A DNA stretch of 64,000 nt, from the IMG/VR virus record IMGVR_UViG_2084038018_000001, positions 1-64,000 of that record. The stretch is one strand, 5' to 3'. Positions 24,656 through 31,685 of this stretch are shown one piece after another (the stretch's first letter is position 1; each line of letters starts with the position of its first letter). A model generated the notes under the pieces. That model was not told where the DNA came from and searched no databases. It saw only the letters and a program-made list of their open reading frames with translations. A program made the translations under genes and the position numbers. The DNA is from a virus.

Positions 24656-25684
24656 GATCTCTGCCATCTCAGGGGAGACTCGTTCGAGTTTCCCTTCTTT
24701 TAGCATCGCCTTAATCGATCTCTGAATCTCTGGCCAGAACGGATTAGAGGTGCAGGACTGGATCGTACGGAGTTCACGAATAGACACCGGATAGGCATCA
24801 GTCTTCTCATCCGCCGGCACCCGGTACTGCTTACCGTTCATCACTTCACGTACCCAGTCTGGGTTCAGACGCGTCTGGTCATTACCGTTATGGATATCGT
24901 AGAACCACGTCTCTACCTTCAGCGGCAGGCCCATGTAGATGTTCTGCATGATGGAGAACATAGACATCGCCATGATCGCGTTCACCGCAGCCGTCTGCTC
25001 GAGGTCCGCACAGGATGCATCCGGGTTACCTTGGTAGCCGGAAGCACGCAGATACTGACCAATCGGGCATGGCAGGAACGGTACCGGAATACCATCGGAA
25101 CCTTTCGGCACCAAACGGTCCAGATCCGACAGGTTCAGGTTCTCGAACTCTTTCTCGAGGATGATACGAGAGGAGAAGATACGAGCCTGACCGAAGGTGT
25201 TTTCGTTACCGGCATCCACGATGAAGTGCTCAACGCCAGACTGAATCGTTGAGTACAGGATCGACTGGATGATGTTGAAACGGGCCTTCATGTTATCCAC
25301 GCACAGGAAGAAGACCGCAGGACGGTCCGCCACCAGGCGCTTCATCGCATCCGGCACGTTAGACGTGAGCCAGCGAGTCATGGACTGAGAGTTGTTCGGA
25401 TAGAACTGGTTGATACTCACGGTAGGAATCTCGAAGGCGCCACCATAGCGCTCTGCGAGACACTCCGCTTTGTTACGACCCACGTCATCCGCAATGAAGT
25501 TCTGGCGGGCCAGGTTCTTCACTTCAACTTCGTCGCCATCGATAAGGGTGATCGTCGGGACCATATCGTTCCACTTACCACGGGACATTAACTGCGAGAG
25601 CATAGGAAGAAGGCGGGAACCAGTCCCGCCACAACCTACAATCACCGCGTTAGTAATCATCTGGCGATTGGTGTAGGTAAACAT
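24644..25684 (-). CDS. ThiF/MoeB/E1-like adenylyltransferase
   Basis: Rossmann motif VIVGCGGTGSRL, then DGDEVEVKNLARQNF (the D-x-D-x-V-x-x-x-N-L-x-RQ motif of E1/ThiF enzymes), CVDNMKAR and SCADLEQTAAVNAIMA. The start overlaps the JAB stop (TAATG). Confidence 0.85.
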   Translation of the reverse strand: MFTYTNRQMITNAVIVGCGGTGSRLLPMLSQLMSRGKWNDMVPTITLIDGDEVEVKNLARQNFIADDVGRNKAECLAERYGGAFEIPTVSINQFYPNNSQSMTRWLTSNVPDAMKRLVADRPAVFFLCVDNMKARFNIIQSILYSTIQSGVEHFIVDAGNENTFGQARIFSSRIILEKEFENLNLSDLDRLVPKGSDGIPVPFLPCPIGQYLRASGYQGNPDASCADLEQTAAVNAIMAMSMFSIMQNIYMGLPLKVETWFYDIHNGNDQTRLNPDWVREVMNGKQYRVPADEKTDAYPVSIRELRTIQSCTSNPFWPEIQRSIKAMLKEGKLERVSPEMAEILGL

Positions 25685-26913
25685 TAAATACCTCTGTCGA
25701 GATCAAAATCTTGGGACATACGGGCAATCGCCTTGCGAGCTTCCATAGCGGAACTCACCAGGAAAATACCCTCCTGGAAGAGGACTTCTGGGTCGGCGAC
25801 ATATTCGCTGAGACGCTTAGCAACTGCCGCGTTCAACTCATCGTCGTTTTCGCTGTAGACGGTAGCAACCAGCTCATCTGCCGTCTCATCCCAGCTCATC
25901 GGAGGTTCATCCTCCAGCTCGTGCATAATGCCGATACCGAAGGTACCTTCATCGACACCCAAGATGTCTACTGACGCTTGAGATCTCTGGGTCCGAGCGC
26001 TCGCCGTGAGGCCTTCCGAGTCCTCTCCGCGAAATCGGGCATCCCATGAGTCCTCGCGAGGGTTACGCTCGAGAGACTTGTCTGAGCCACCGGCGAAGCG
26101 TGACCCACCACCATACACTTTGCTGCCGCCAAGGGCGGGGCTGTAGCCCGGATAGGACGGTCGCTGATAAGTCAGAACCTCGACGTTCTCCATCCACGCC
26201 TTCACTACCGGGCTGTCCTCCTTTACCGGCGGTGCCTCGAAGATCTCTTCCAGTTTCATGGAGACTTTCGATTTGTAAGCATTGAAGCGCCAGATCAGCT
26301 TGTGATCCGGCAGGTTCAGCTTACCGGCAACGCCCGAGATGCCAACATAGGTCGCGTCATCACGTTCGTCGGTACCGGAGAAGAACGCGTCCATGGAGTT
26401 GTGGGAGTGGATGTCGAGAACAACCTCTTCGTCCTGAGCCACGTGATCCCAGTTATAGGTAACGGATGCTTTCGCTACTTTCTGCTTAGGAATCGCTACA
26501 CGGTACTCTTCCTTCGTCTTGTTCCAGACGATGTGAGCCATCGCTTCATAGTCGCCGTGGCCGAAGCCGGAGGACGTAGTCATTTTCATGACCTGGCGGA
26601 AGAACTCGACGATGTCGTTCAGCATTTCGATCGGGATCTTCTTATCGTTCACCAGCGGCTTCAGATAAGGTTTCAGCAGGGACTTGCCACCGTTGGTACG
26701 GATAGGCGTGTCGGAGATCTTCGTCATCGCCGAGCGGCCCAGGGAGAACTGATGGAACTGATACAGGACACCGTCATTACCCAGCACGTACACTTCCGGG
26801 TTATGCAGAACGTCGCCGCCGGCGAAGAATGCATCTTCAGTGACCAGAGCGCTCATGAAAGGGACCAGGTCCAGGACGCCATTATTCTTCTTCGTCATCT
26901 TCATCTTCCTCAT
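25684..26913 (-). CDS. JAB/MPN (JAMM) metallopeptidase-domain protein with long N- and C-terminal extensions
   Basis: Exact JAMM motif H-x-H-x7-S-x2-D (DIHSHNSMDAFFSGTDERDD) with an upstream Glu (GDYEAMAHIVW). 409 aa from the first ATG; alternative ATGs at 26904 and 26898. Overlaps the E2-like gene's 3' end. Confidence 0.85.
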   Translation of the reverse strand: MRKMKMTKKNNGVLDLVPFMSALVTEDAFFAGGDVLHNPEVYVLGNDGVLYQFHQFSLGRSAMTKISDTPIRTNGGKSLLKPYLKPLVNDKKIPIEMLNDIVEFFRQVMKMTTSSGFGHGDYEAMAHIVWNKTKEEYRVAIPKQKVAKASVTYNWDHVAQDEEVVLDIHSHNSMDAFFSGTDERDDATYVGISGVAGKLNLPDHKLIWRFNAYKSKVSMKLEEIFEAPPVKEDSPVVKAWMENVEVLTYQRPSYPGYSPALGGSKVYGGGSRFAGGSDKSLERNPREDSWDARFRGEDSEGLTASARTQRSQASVDILGVDEGTFGIGIMHELEDEPPMSWDETADELVATVYSENDDELNAAVAKRLSEYVADPEVLFQEGIFLVSSAMEARKAIARMSQDFDLDRGI

Positions 26914-27637
26914 CTGCCGCAGCAGCGTTTACAGTGGTAGGTTGTGGATATCCGCTCATCAGATGCCACGGGAATTTATCTAAGCGGGAGAGCTGGCGGA
27001 ACCAGTCACCTGCTCCATTGCCTTCCATACGCACGCCGCGGGCACCATTACCCCAGAGGTCGTTGTTGAACGGAGAGGCCACGAGGATCGTGTGGAACAG
27101 TTCGTTCAGACCGCGGAGATCATAGTTGTACAGCGAGCGATAGGAGTTTGCACCGGTACACATGCCGCCGTCGCCATACTGGTTCGGGAACGGGAGTGTC
27201 CAGAGGTGGTTGTTGAAGTTACGTGGGGTGAAATCCCAGTTCGCGATGTTCGGGACTTCATCGACCTTATAGTCGGTGCACAGCCACTTCACACGCTCAA
27301 CGGTCCAGCCGCCCTTACCGTTCGTTTTCAGCTGAACGTAGATCACGGTCGCCGGGAACGGGATAGTATAGCGGCCGTTGCCATAACGCACTTCACGCTT
27401 AGCTTCCTCGAAGTACATCAGGAGCTCGAGCTCGTGCTGGTTATAGCGAACGCTCAAGGCTTCATTCGGCAGGCGGAATGCCAGCTTCGGAGCCGTTTGC
27501 TGTTCCTGACCGGCGGCCACACGGGAGATCTCATTGAAGAAATCCTGCAGTGCCACGTTCTTAAAGGCACCCAGACCGTTAGGCACGCGGGCATGCGTAG
27601 GGAAGATAGTAACCTGCAGCCCTTGGTTGTTACTCAT
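26882..27637 (-). CDS. E2/UBC-like protein (putative) with an acidic tail
   Basis: LPFPNQYGDGGMCTG resembles the UBC HPN-x(n)-G-x-[IVM]-C active-site flap. ASPFNNDLW lies downstream. C-terminal AAAADEEDEDDEEE. ATGA overlap with the upstream gene. Sits between the Ubl and the JAB/E1 genes. Confidence 0.6.
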   Translation of the reverse strand: MSNNQGLQVTIFPTHARVPNGLGAFKNVALQDFFNEISRVAAGQEQQTAPKLAFRLPNEALSVRYNQHELELLMYFEEAKREVRYGNGRYTIPFPATVIYVQLKTNGKGGWTVERVKWLCTDYKVDEVPNIANWDFTPRNFNNHLWTLPFPNQYGDGGMCTGANSYRSLYNYDLRGLNELFHTILVASPFNNDLWGNGARGVRMEGNGAGDWFRQLSRLDKFPWHLMSGYPQPTTVNAAAADEEDEDDEEE

Positions 27638-27876
27638 ACGAAGGTTCTCCCAGTATTAACAGAGCGAATACTGCTGAAGTCGAAGATCATCTGGCGTCCG
27701 CCGTGGTTAGAACGCGGAGCCTGACGGGTGACGGTGAAGTTGAGGTTCTGAAGGATCATCATGGCCTCCGCTGGCGTCCCCGCCGCCTTCAACTTCTCAT
27801 CGAGGGCTCTTAGGACGACGGGGCCGCTTGCGATGATCTCGTTGAGGTCCGATAGTCTTTGTAGTAAATCTTGCAT
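27634..27876 (-). CDS. hypothetical small protein of the Ubl operon (80 aa)
   Basis: The stop overlaps the E2-like start (ATGA). Protein-like helical N-terminus MQDLLQRLSDLNEIIASGPVVLRALDEKLKAAG. The start lies 67 nt inside the upstream ORF. Confidence 0.5.
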   Translation of the reverse strand: MQDLLQRLSDLNEIIASGPVVLRALDEKLKAAGTPAEAMMILQNLNFTVTRQAPRSNHGGRQMIFDFSSIRSVNTGRTFV

Positions 27877-28787
27877 GTCGGGAAGGCTCCCATGGTGTTA
27901 ATGACTTTAGTGATCCCCGGGAGGTTATCCACGAAGATCGGGCCGTAGTCCATCTGCGATGCTTGACGCGGACGTTGGCCTGGCTGAGAGGTTGACTCCA
28001 CGACAGTCAGGTCACGGAACATGCCGTAGTCGAACGCCAGGGACACGAGCAGGACGGTGTAGCGACCGGTTTGTACTCGACGGACGACGGAACGACCTTG
28101 CTGCTGCCACTCCGGACGGGCCGGTGACGCGAGCTCATCCATATGGTTGAACTGCTTCGGACAGTAGACCAGACGCATACCATAACGCTGAGCCAGGAAG
28201 TCGACATAACGGATATAGCGACGGAGGCTAGGAGTATCCTCGAGGTATGTACTCCATGCCGCCCACGCCTGGTTCTCACCGAGCGTTTGGAGCGTATGGT
28301 ACGTTCCCGTCTGCTCTTCCGTATAGATCAAATCCGGGTCACGACCGTGATCGACGGTATTGCTGCCGAGAGGTAGAAACCGAATGGGACTTTTGATATC
28401 CTTGCCCACGAACGACTTCATGAACTGCAGCATGTGAACTACGCCGAGGTTCAAGTTACGCAGGCCAGACTCAACGGAACGGTTACCGGATTGAACGAAC
28501 GGTGCGATCCCAGCCGCGAACTGAGCACGTACCGTGTAGGTCATCAGGTTACGCATGTTGCCGAGATACTGCTGAAGCGTACGCAGGTTACCTTCCGTCT
28601 CGGCACCGCCAAGGATGTCGACCACGGAGGCGAGGTCCTGAGTGACGCTGACGCTGCCATCCGAGTCAACGCGGGTCTTGAGACCTTCTGTGTGGATGAA
28701 GCCTTTGAGAGCTACCGCATCGGTTAATCGCTGAGGGCTAAGCTCGTGGTAGACAGATGAGTTGATCTGCCAAAGGGGATAAGACAT
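27810..28787 (-). CDS. hypothetical protein of the Ubl operon (325 aa)
   Basis: Strong SD (AAGGGAGG 5 nt upstream). First gene after the Ubl terminator. No motif recognised. Confidence 0.7.
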   Translation of the reverse strand: MSYPLWQINSSVYHELSPQRLTDAVALKGFIHTEGLKTRVDSDGSVSVTQDLASVVDILGGAETEGNLRTLQQYLGNMRNLMTYTVRAQFAAGIAPFVQSGNRSVESGLRNLNLGVVHMLQFMKSFVGKDIKSPIRFLPLGSNTVDHGRDPDLIYTEEQTGTYHTLQTLGENQAWAAWSTYLEDTPSLRRYIRYVDFLAQRYGMRLVYCPKQFNHMDELASPARPEWQQQGRSVVRRVQTGRYTVLLVSLAFDYGMFRDLTVVESTSQPGQRPRQASQMDYGPIFVDNLPGITKVINTMGAFPTCKIYYKDYRTSTRSSQAAPSS

Positions 28788-28803
28788 GACGCCTCCCTTA
28801 ACT

Positions 28804-28832
28804 AAAAAAAGAAAAGGCTCCCATTGGGAGCC
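28804..28832 (-). terminator. rho-independent terminator/attenuator after the Ubl gene
   Basis: On the minus strand, GGCTCCC-AAT-GGGAGCC followed by TTTTCTTTTTTT. Confidence 0.75.
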
Positions 28833-28853
28833 TCCTTCCGACTAAGCTAAAGC

Positions 28854-29054
28854 TTAGCCTTTAGTACCGGTACGACGTTCGAAGTAGATGTGACGTACGC
28901 CGTCAATCACTTCTTCGCGGGAATTCATGGATGCAGTCTGGAAAGCAGAGTCGAACTGACGTGCTGCTTCTTCTTTGGTCATGATGATACCGTCCAGAGT
29001 ACGTGCGTCGCGACCAGGAATGTGAACAACGGTAGAACGAATAGAAGTTGACAT
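28854..29054 (-). CDS. ubiquitin-like small protein with C-terminal glycine (PRTRC protein C-like, putative)
   Basis: 66 aa: MSTSIRSTVVHIPGRDARTLDGIIMTKEEAARQFDSAFQTASMNSREEVIDGVRHIYFERRTGTKG. Ends in Gly immediately before the stop. First gene of an operon that also encodes E2-like, JAB and E1-like proteins. Confidence 0.6.
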   Translation of the reverse strand: MSTSIRSTVVHIPGRDARTLDGIIMTKEEAARQFDSAFQTASMNSREEVIDGVRHIYFERRTGTKG

Positions 29055-29100
29055 GTGTCTTTCCTTTTAAAAAGTAAGTTAGTTTGTGTGGCATAGCGTC

Positions 29101-29123
29101 TCTATACCAGGGTTATTATACCA
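29101..29123 (-). promoter_or_regulatory. tandem extended -10 boxes (CCCTGGTATAAT, CCCTGGTATAGA) for the Ubl operon
   Basis: The minus strand reads CCCTGGTATAATAACCCTGGTATAGAGAC. TGGTATAAT matches the extended -10 consensus TGnTATAAT. Confidence 0.5.
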
Positions 29124-29130
29124 GGGTATT

Positions 29131-29138
29131 TTAAAATA
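29131..29138 (+). promoter_or_regulatory. candidate rightward promoter box TTAAAATA
   Basis: 24 nt upstream of the terminase ATG. Embedded in the inverted repeat GGTATT-N11-AATACC. Confidence 0.3.
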
Positions 29139-29162
29139 TTGAATACCTAACAGGAGAAATTC

Positions 29163-30761
29163 ATGAAAAAAGCTACTTCGAGTCAATTGGCGGCGGCTCT
29201 CCTGGAGTTGAAGGGTAAACCGATCAACTTCACGGACTATAAGCCCTTTACCGCCATCTATGACGTCGACCCGGACCTGATGGTCTTCAAAGCCGGTCGT
29301 CAGATCGGGAAGTCGGTATCTCTCGGCGGACGCTTAGTGTCTAAGTCGATCGGCCGTCCGTACTTCAACTCCCTGTACATCGCACCTTTCCAGATCCAGG
29401 CGAAGCGTTTCTCGAACGCCTACCTCGATGCCTTCCTGGAGAGCCCGCTCGTGAAGAAATACTTCCGTCGTTCAAACGACCCGAGCAACGTCTTCGAGAA
29501 GACGCTGGCGAACAAATCTAAGATCTATCTGTCGTATGCCCAGACGGAGGCTGACGCCGACCGTATCCGTGGTCTGATGGCCGATCTGTTAACCGTAGAC
29601 GAAGTCCAGGACGTCTCCTATGACGCACTGCCGCCGATCTTCGAAATCCTGAACGCCTCCGAGTATGCTCTGAAGGTCCTGGCTGGTACGTCCAAGTCCA
29701 CGGCGAATACCCTCGAGCAACTCTGGCTGCGTACCAACCGTCTGGAGTGGATCAACAAGTGCCCGCACTGTGGCCACTGGGTCATTCCAGATACCTACGA
29801 GAAGTGTGTCCGTATCTGCCAGCCTCATGGCCCGTCCTGCGATAAGTGCTTGAAGCCAATCGATCCAGGTAAAGGCCAGTGGGTGGCGACGAACCCTCAC
29901 ATCCGTGACAAGGTCGGCTTCCACCTCCCGCAGATCATCATTGGGGATAACTGTAAGCCTAAGAAATGGGCTCGTCTCATCGATAAGGTGAAGCAGGCTC
30001 AAGAAGGCGGCCTCTACACCCCAGCAACGCTCGCAAACGAAGTCTTCGGGCTTGCAACAGACCTCTCCGGTCGTTCACTCTCTATGGCGGAAGCCATGAA
30101 GTGCTGTAACGAACAGTGGAAAGGCTGGGCATCCCCGACTGATTTCTCGAACCCGGTCTGGGCGGCGATCTCTAAGACGATCGTCCGTACGGTTCTCGGC
30201 GTCGACTGGTCTGTAACCGGTGGCGTGAAGTCCTATACCGTGGCGACCGTCCTCGGGTACGACGGCTACGGCCGCTGCTACATGCTCGAATCGAAGAAGA
30301 TGCAAGGGATTCACATCCTGGACCAGGTGAAGGACGTCTGCCTCATGGCCCGCAAGTGGAGCTGTGCCGTCGTCGGCTCTGACCGCGGCGTCGGGGTTCT
30401 GCAGGGCCAGTTGATGCAACAAGAGCTGGGACATGATAAAGTGATCATGGTAAACTACGTGGCAGCTAAACAACGTTTACGCTGGGACCAGCAGGGCCAG
30501 TTCCTGGCAGCTGACCGCTCTCAGGCGATCGATAACGTGATGATGAAGTGGCGTATCGGTCCGGATCGCTTCATGTGCCCATCATGGGGTACGACGGAAG
30601 GCTTCTGGACGGATGCCCTAAACGTCTTCGAAGAAGAGACCGGCGTAGGCCGTCGTGTATACCGTCACCACCCGGATGAGCCGGATGATTGGATGCACTC
30701 AGTCGTCTTCGGACACGTGGCATACCAGTACCTTGAAGGCGACTTCAAGTATACCGAATAA
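29163..30761 (+). CDS. terL: terminase large subunit (GpA-like)
   Basis: Walker A-like FKAGRQIGKS, Walker B LLTVDEVQD, and a zinc-finger-like CPHCGHW...CDKCLKPI as in lambda GpA-type terminases. 532 aa. Confidence 0.85.
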   Translation: MKKATSSQLAAALLELKGKPINFTDYKPFTAIYDVDPDLMVFKAGRQIGKSVSLGGRLVSKSIGRPYFNSLYIAPFQIQAKRFSNAYLDAFLESPLVKKYFRRSNDPSNVFEKTLANKSKIYLSYAQTEADADRIRGLMADLLTVDEVQDVSYDALPPIFEILNASEYALKVLAGTSKSTANTLEQLWLRTNRLEWINKCPHCGHWVIPDTYEKCVRICQPHGPSCDKCLKPIDPGKGQWVATNPHIRDKVGFHLPQIIIGDNCKPKKWARLIDKVKQAQEGGLYTPATLANEVFGLATDLSGRSLSMAEAMKCCNEQWKGWASPTDFSNPVWAAISKTIVRTVLGVDWSVTGGVKSYTVATVLGYDGYGRCYMLESKKMQGIHILDQVKDVCLMARKWSCAVVGSDRGVGVLQGQLMQQELGHDKVIMVNYVAAKQRLRWDQQGQFLAADRSQAIDNVMMKWRIGPDRFMCPSWGTTEGFWTDALNVFEEETGVGRRVYRHHPDEPDDWMHSVVFGHVAYQYLEGDFKYTE

Positions 30762-30783
30762 CCTAAAATCAAGAGGATTCAAC

Positions 30784-31329
30784 ATGCGTAAGAAGCAAGA
30801 AGTGATTGACGTAGAAGCAAACCCACTGTTCGGCGAAGACACGGATTTCGTAGCAGCACCTGTAGCAGAGATGTTCGAAGAGCCGGTAGCTGAGGCACCT
30901 GTGGAGGCCCCACCTAAGGCTGAAGAGCCGAAGGAAAAGGAATACACTCAGGAGCAGAAGGATGAGATGTTGGCGATCGTCGATGCGGTAATGTTCGAGG
31001 GGGAATACTCCGAGACCTTCCCCGTCGGTAAACGCTACAAAGTGACCTTCAAGTCACGTAGTGCAGGCGAAGACAACGAGATTTCACAGAAGCTCGATGG
31101 CCGCGTCTTCAACACCATCCTCTCCTACCAGAACCAGAGCGCTCTGCTGACCATGGCGTACTCTCTGATGGACCTGAACGGCACGGATTACCGTGAGCTG
31201 TCAGTCCAGGAGCGTTACAAAGTGGTCTCAGCGCTGCCATCCCCGCTGATGATCGTCCTGTCTGAACTGATGGGTAAATTCGATCAGAAAGTCCTGGAAG
31301 CCATGGAATACGGGAAGTCAAATTTCTAA
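30784..31329 (+). CDS. tail assembly chaperone (G-like, 181 aa)
   Basis: ATG 30784 with AGAGGA SD (the track start at 30655 lies inside terL). Acidic N-terminus. Directly upstream of the tape measure and ends in a slippery heptamer. Confidence 0.6.
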   Translation: MRKKQEVIDVEANPLFGEDTDFVAAPVAEMFEEPVAEAPVEAPPKAEEPKEKEYTQEQKDEMLAIVDAVMFEGEYSETFPVGKRYKVTFKSRSAGEDNEISQKLDGRVFNTILSYQNQSALLTMAYSLMDLNGTDYRELSVQERYKVVSALPSPLMIVLSELMGKFDQKVLEAMEYGKSNF

Positions 31330-31685
31330 ATCAGCCATGGGCTAAGATCCGGATGAGCCTCTTCACGAGAGGGGTTCAGCCGGACGTTCTGGGCTCGCCG
31401 AGGGATGTCATCATGCGACAGTACGCCATGAGCGAGATCGTTCAAGAGTCCAGAAAGCTTATGGCTGGGATCGCAGGCTCCCTCGGCAACGGTAAGGCAG
31501 CCAAAGAGATTCTCCAGGACTTTGCAGACGGTGTGTTGAAATCACCACAAACGAAGCAGACCCGTATGACGGAAATGCTTAAAGAATACAGCCAGTATCG
31601 CAACAAGACCCTTGAGGCTCGCGTTGTCCGTAATGGCCAGGATTCTAGTCTCATAGTTACAGGTCTGGAGGAATTGTATGGCTGA
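30784..31685 (+). CDS. tail assembly chaperone -1 frameshift fusion (GT-like, about 300 aa)
   Basis: A_AAT_TTC at 31320-31326 is a canonical X_XXY_YYZ site one codon before the stop. The -1 frame is open from 31278 through 31685. The 31353 ATG has no SD. Confidence 0.55.
31320..31326 (+). promoter_or_regulatory. -1 programmed ribosomal frameshift slippery heptamer A_AAU_UUC
   Basis: Zero-frame codons are UCA AAU UUC UAA. After a -1 slip the frame reads ...NF|LNQPWAKIRMSLFTRG... Confidence 0.55.

Noticed and set aside
27810-28787. 325-aa protein as a ParM/actin-like PRTRC component, or as the major capsid protein
   Set aside because: There is no N-terminal D-x-G-x-x-x-K phosphate-binding motif expected of ParM-like ATPases, and I can point to no capsid signature. 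Left as unknown.
30655-30783. Track start (30655) for the gene after the terminase
   Set aside because: It would overlap the terminase gene by 107 nt in another frame. The ATG at 30784 has a good SD (AGAGGA) and follows the terL stop.
31353-31685. 110-aa ORF as an independent gene
   Set aside because: There is no SD before its ATG. Its frame is open upstream into the preceding gene and is reached by a perfect A_AAU_UUC heptamer. It is better explained as the frameshift extension of the chaperone.
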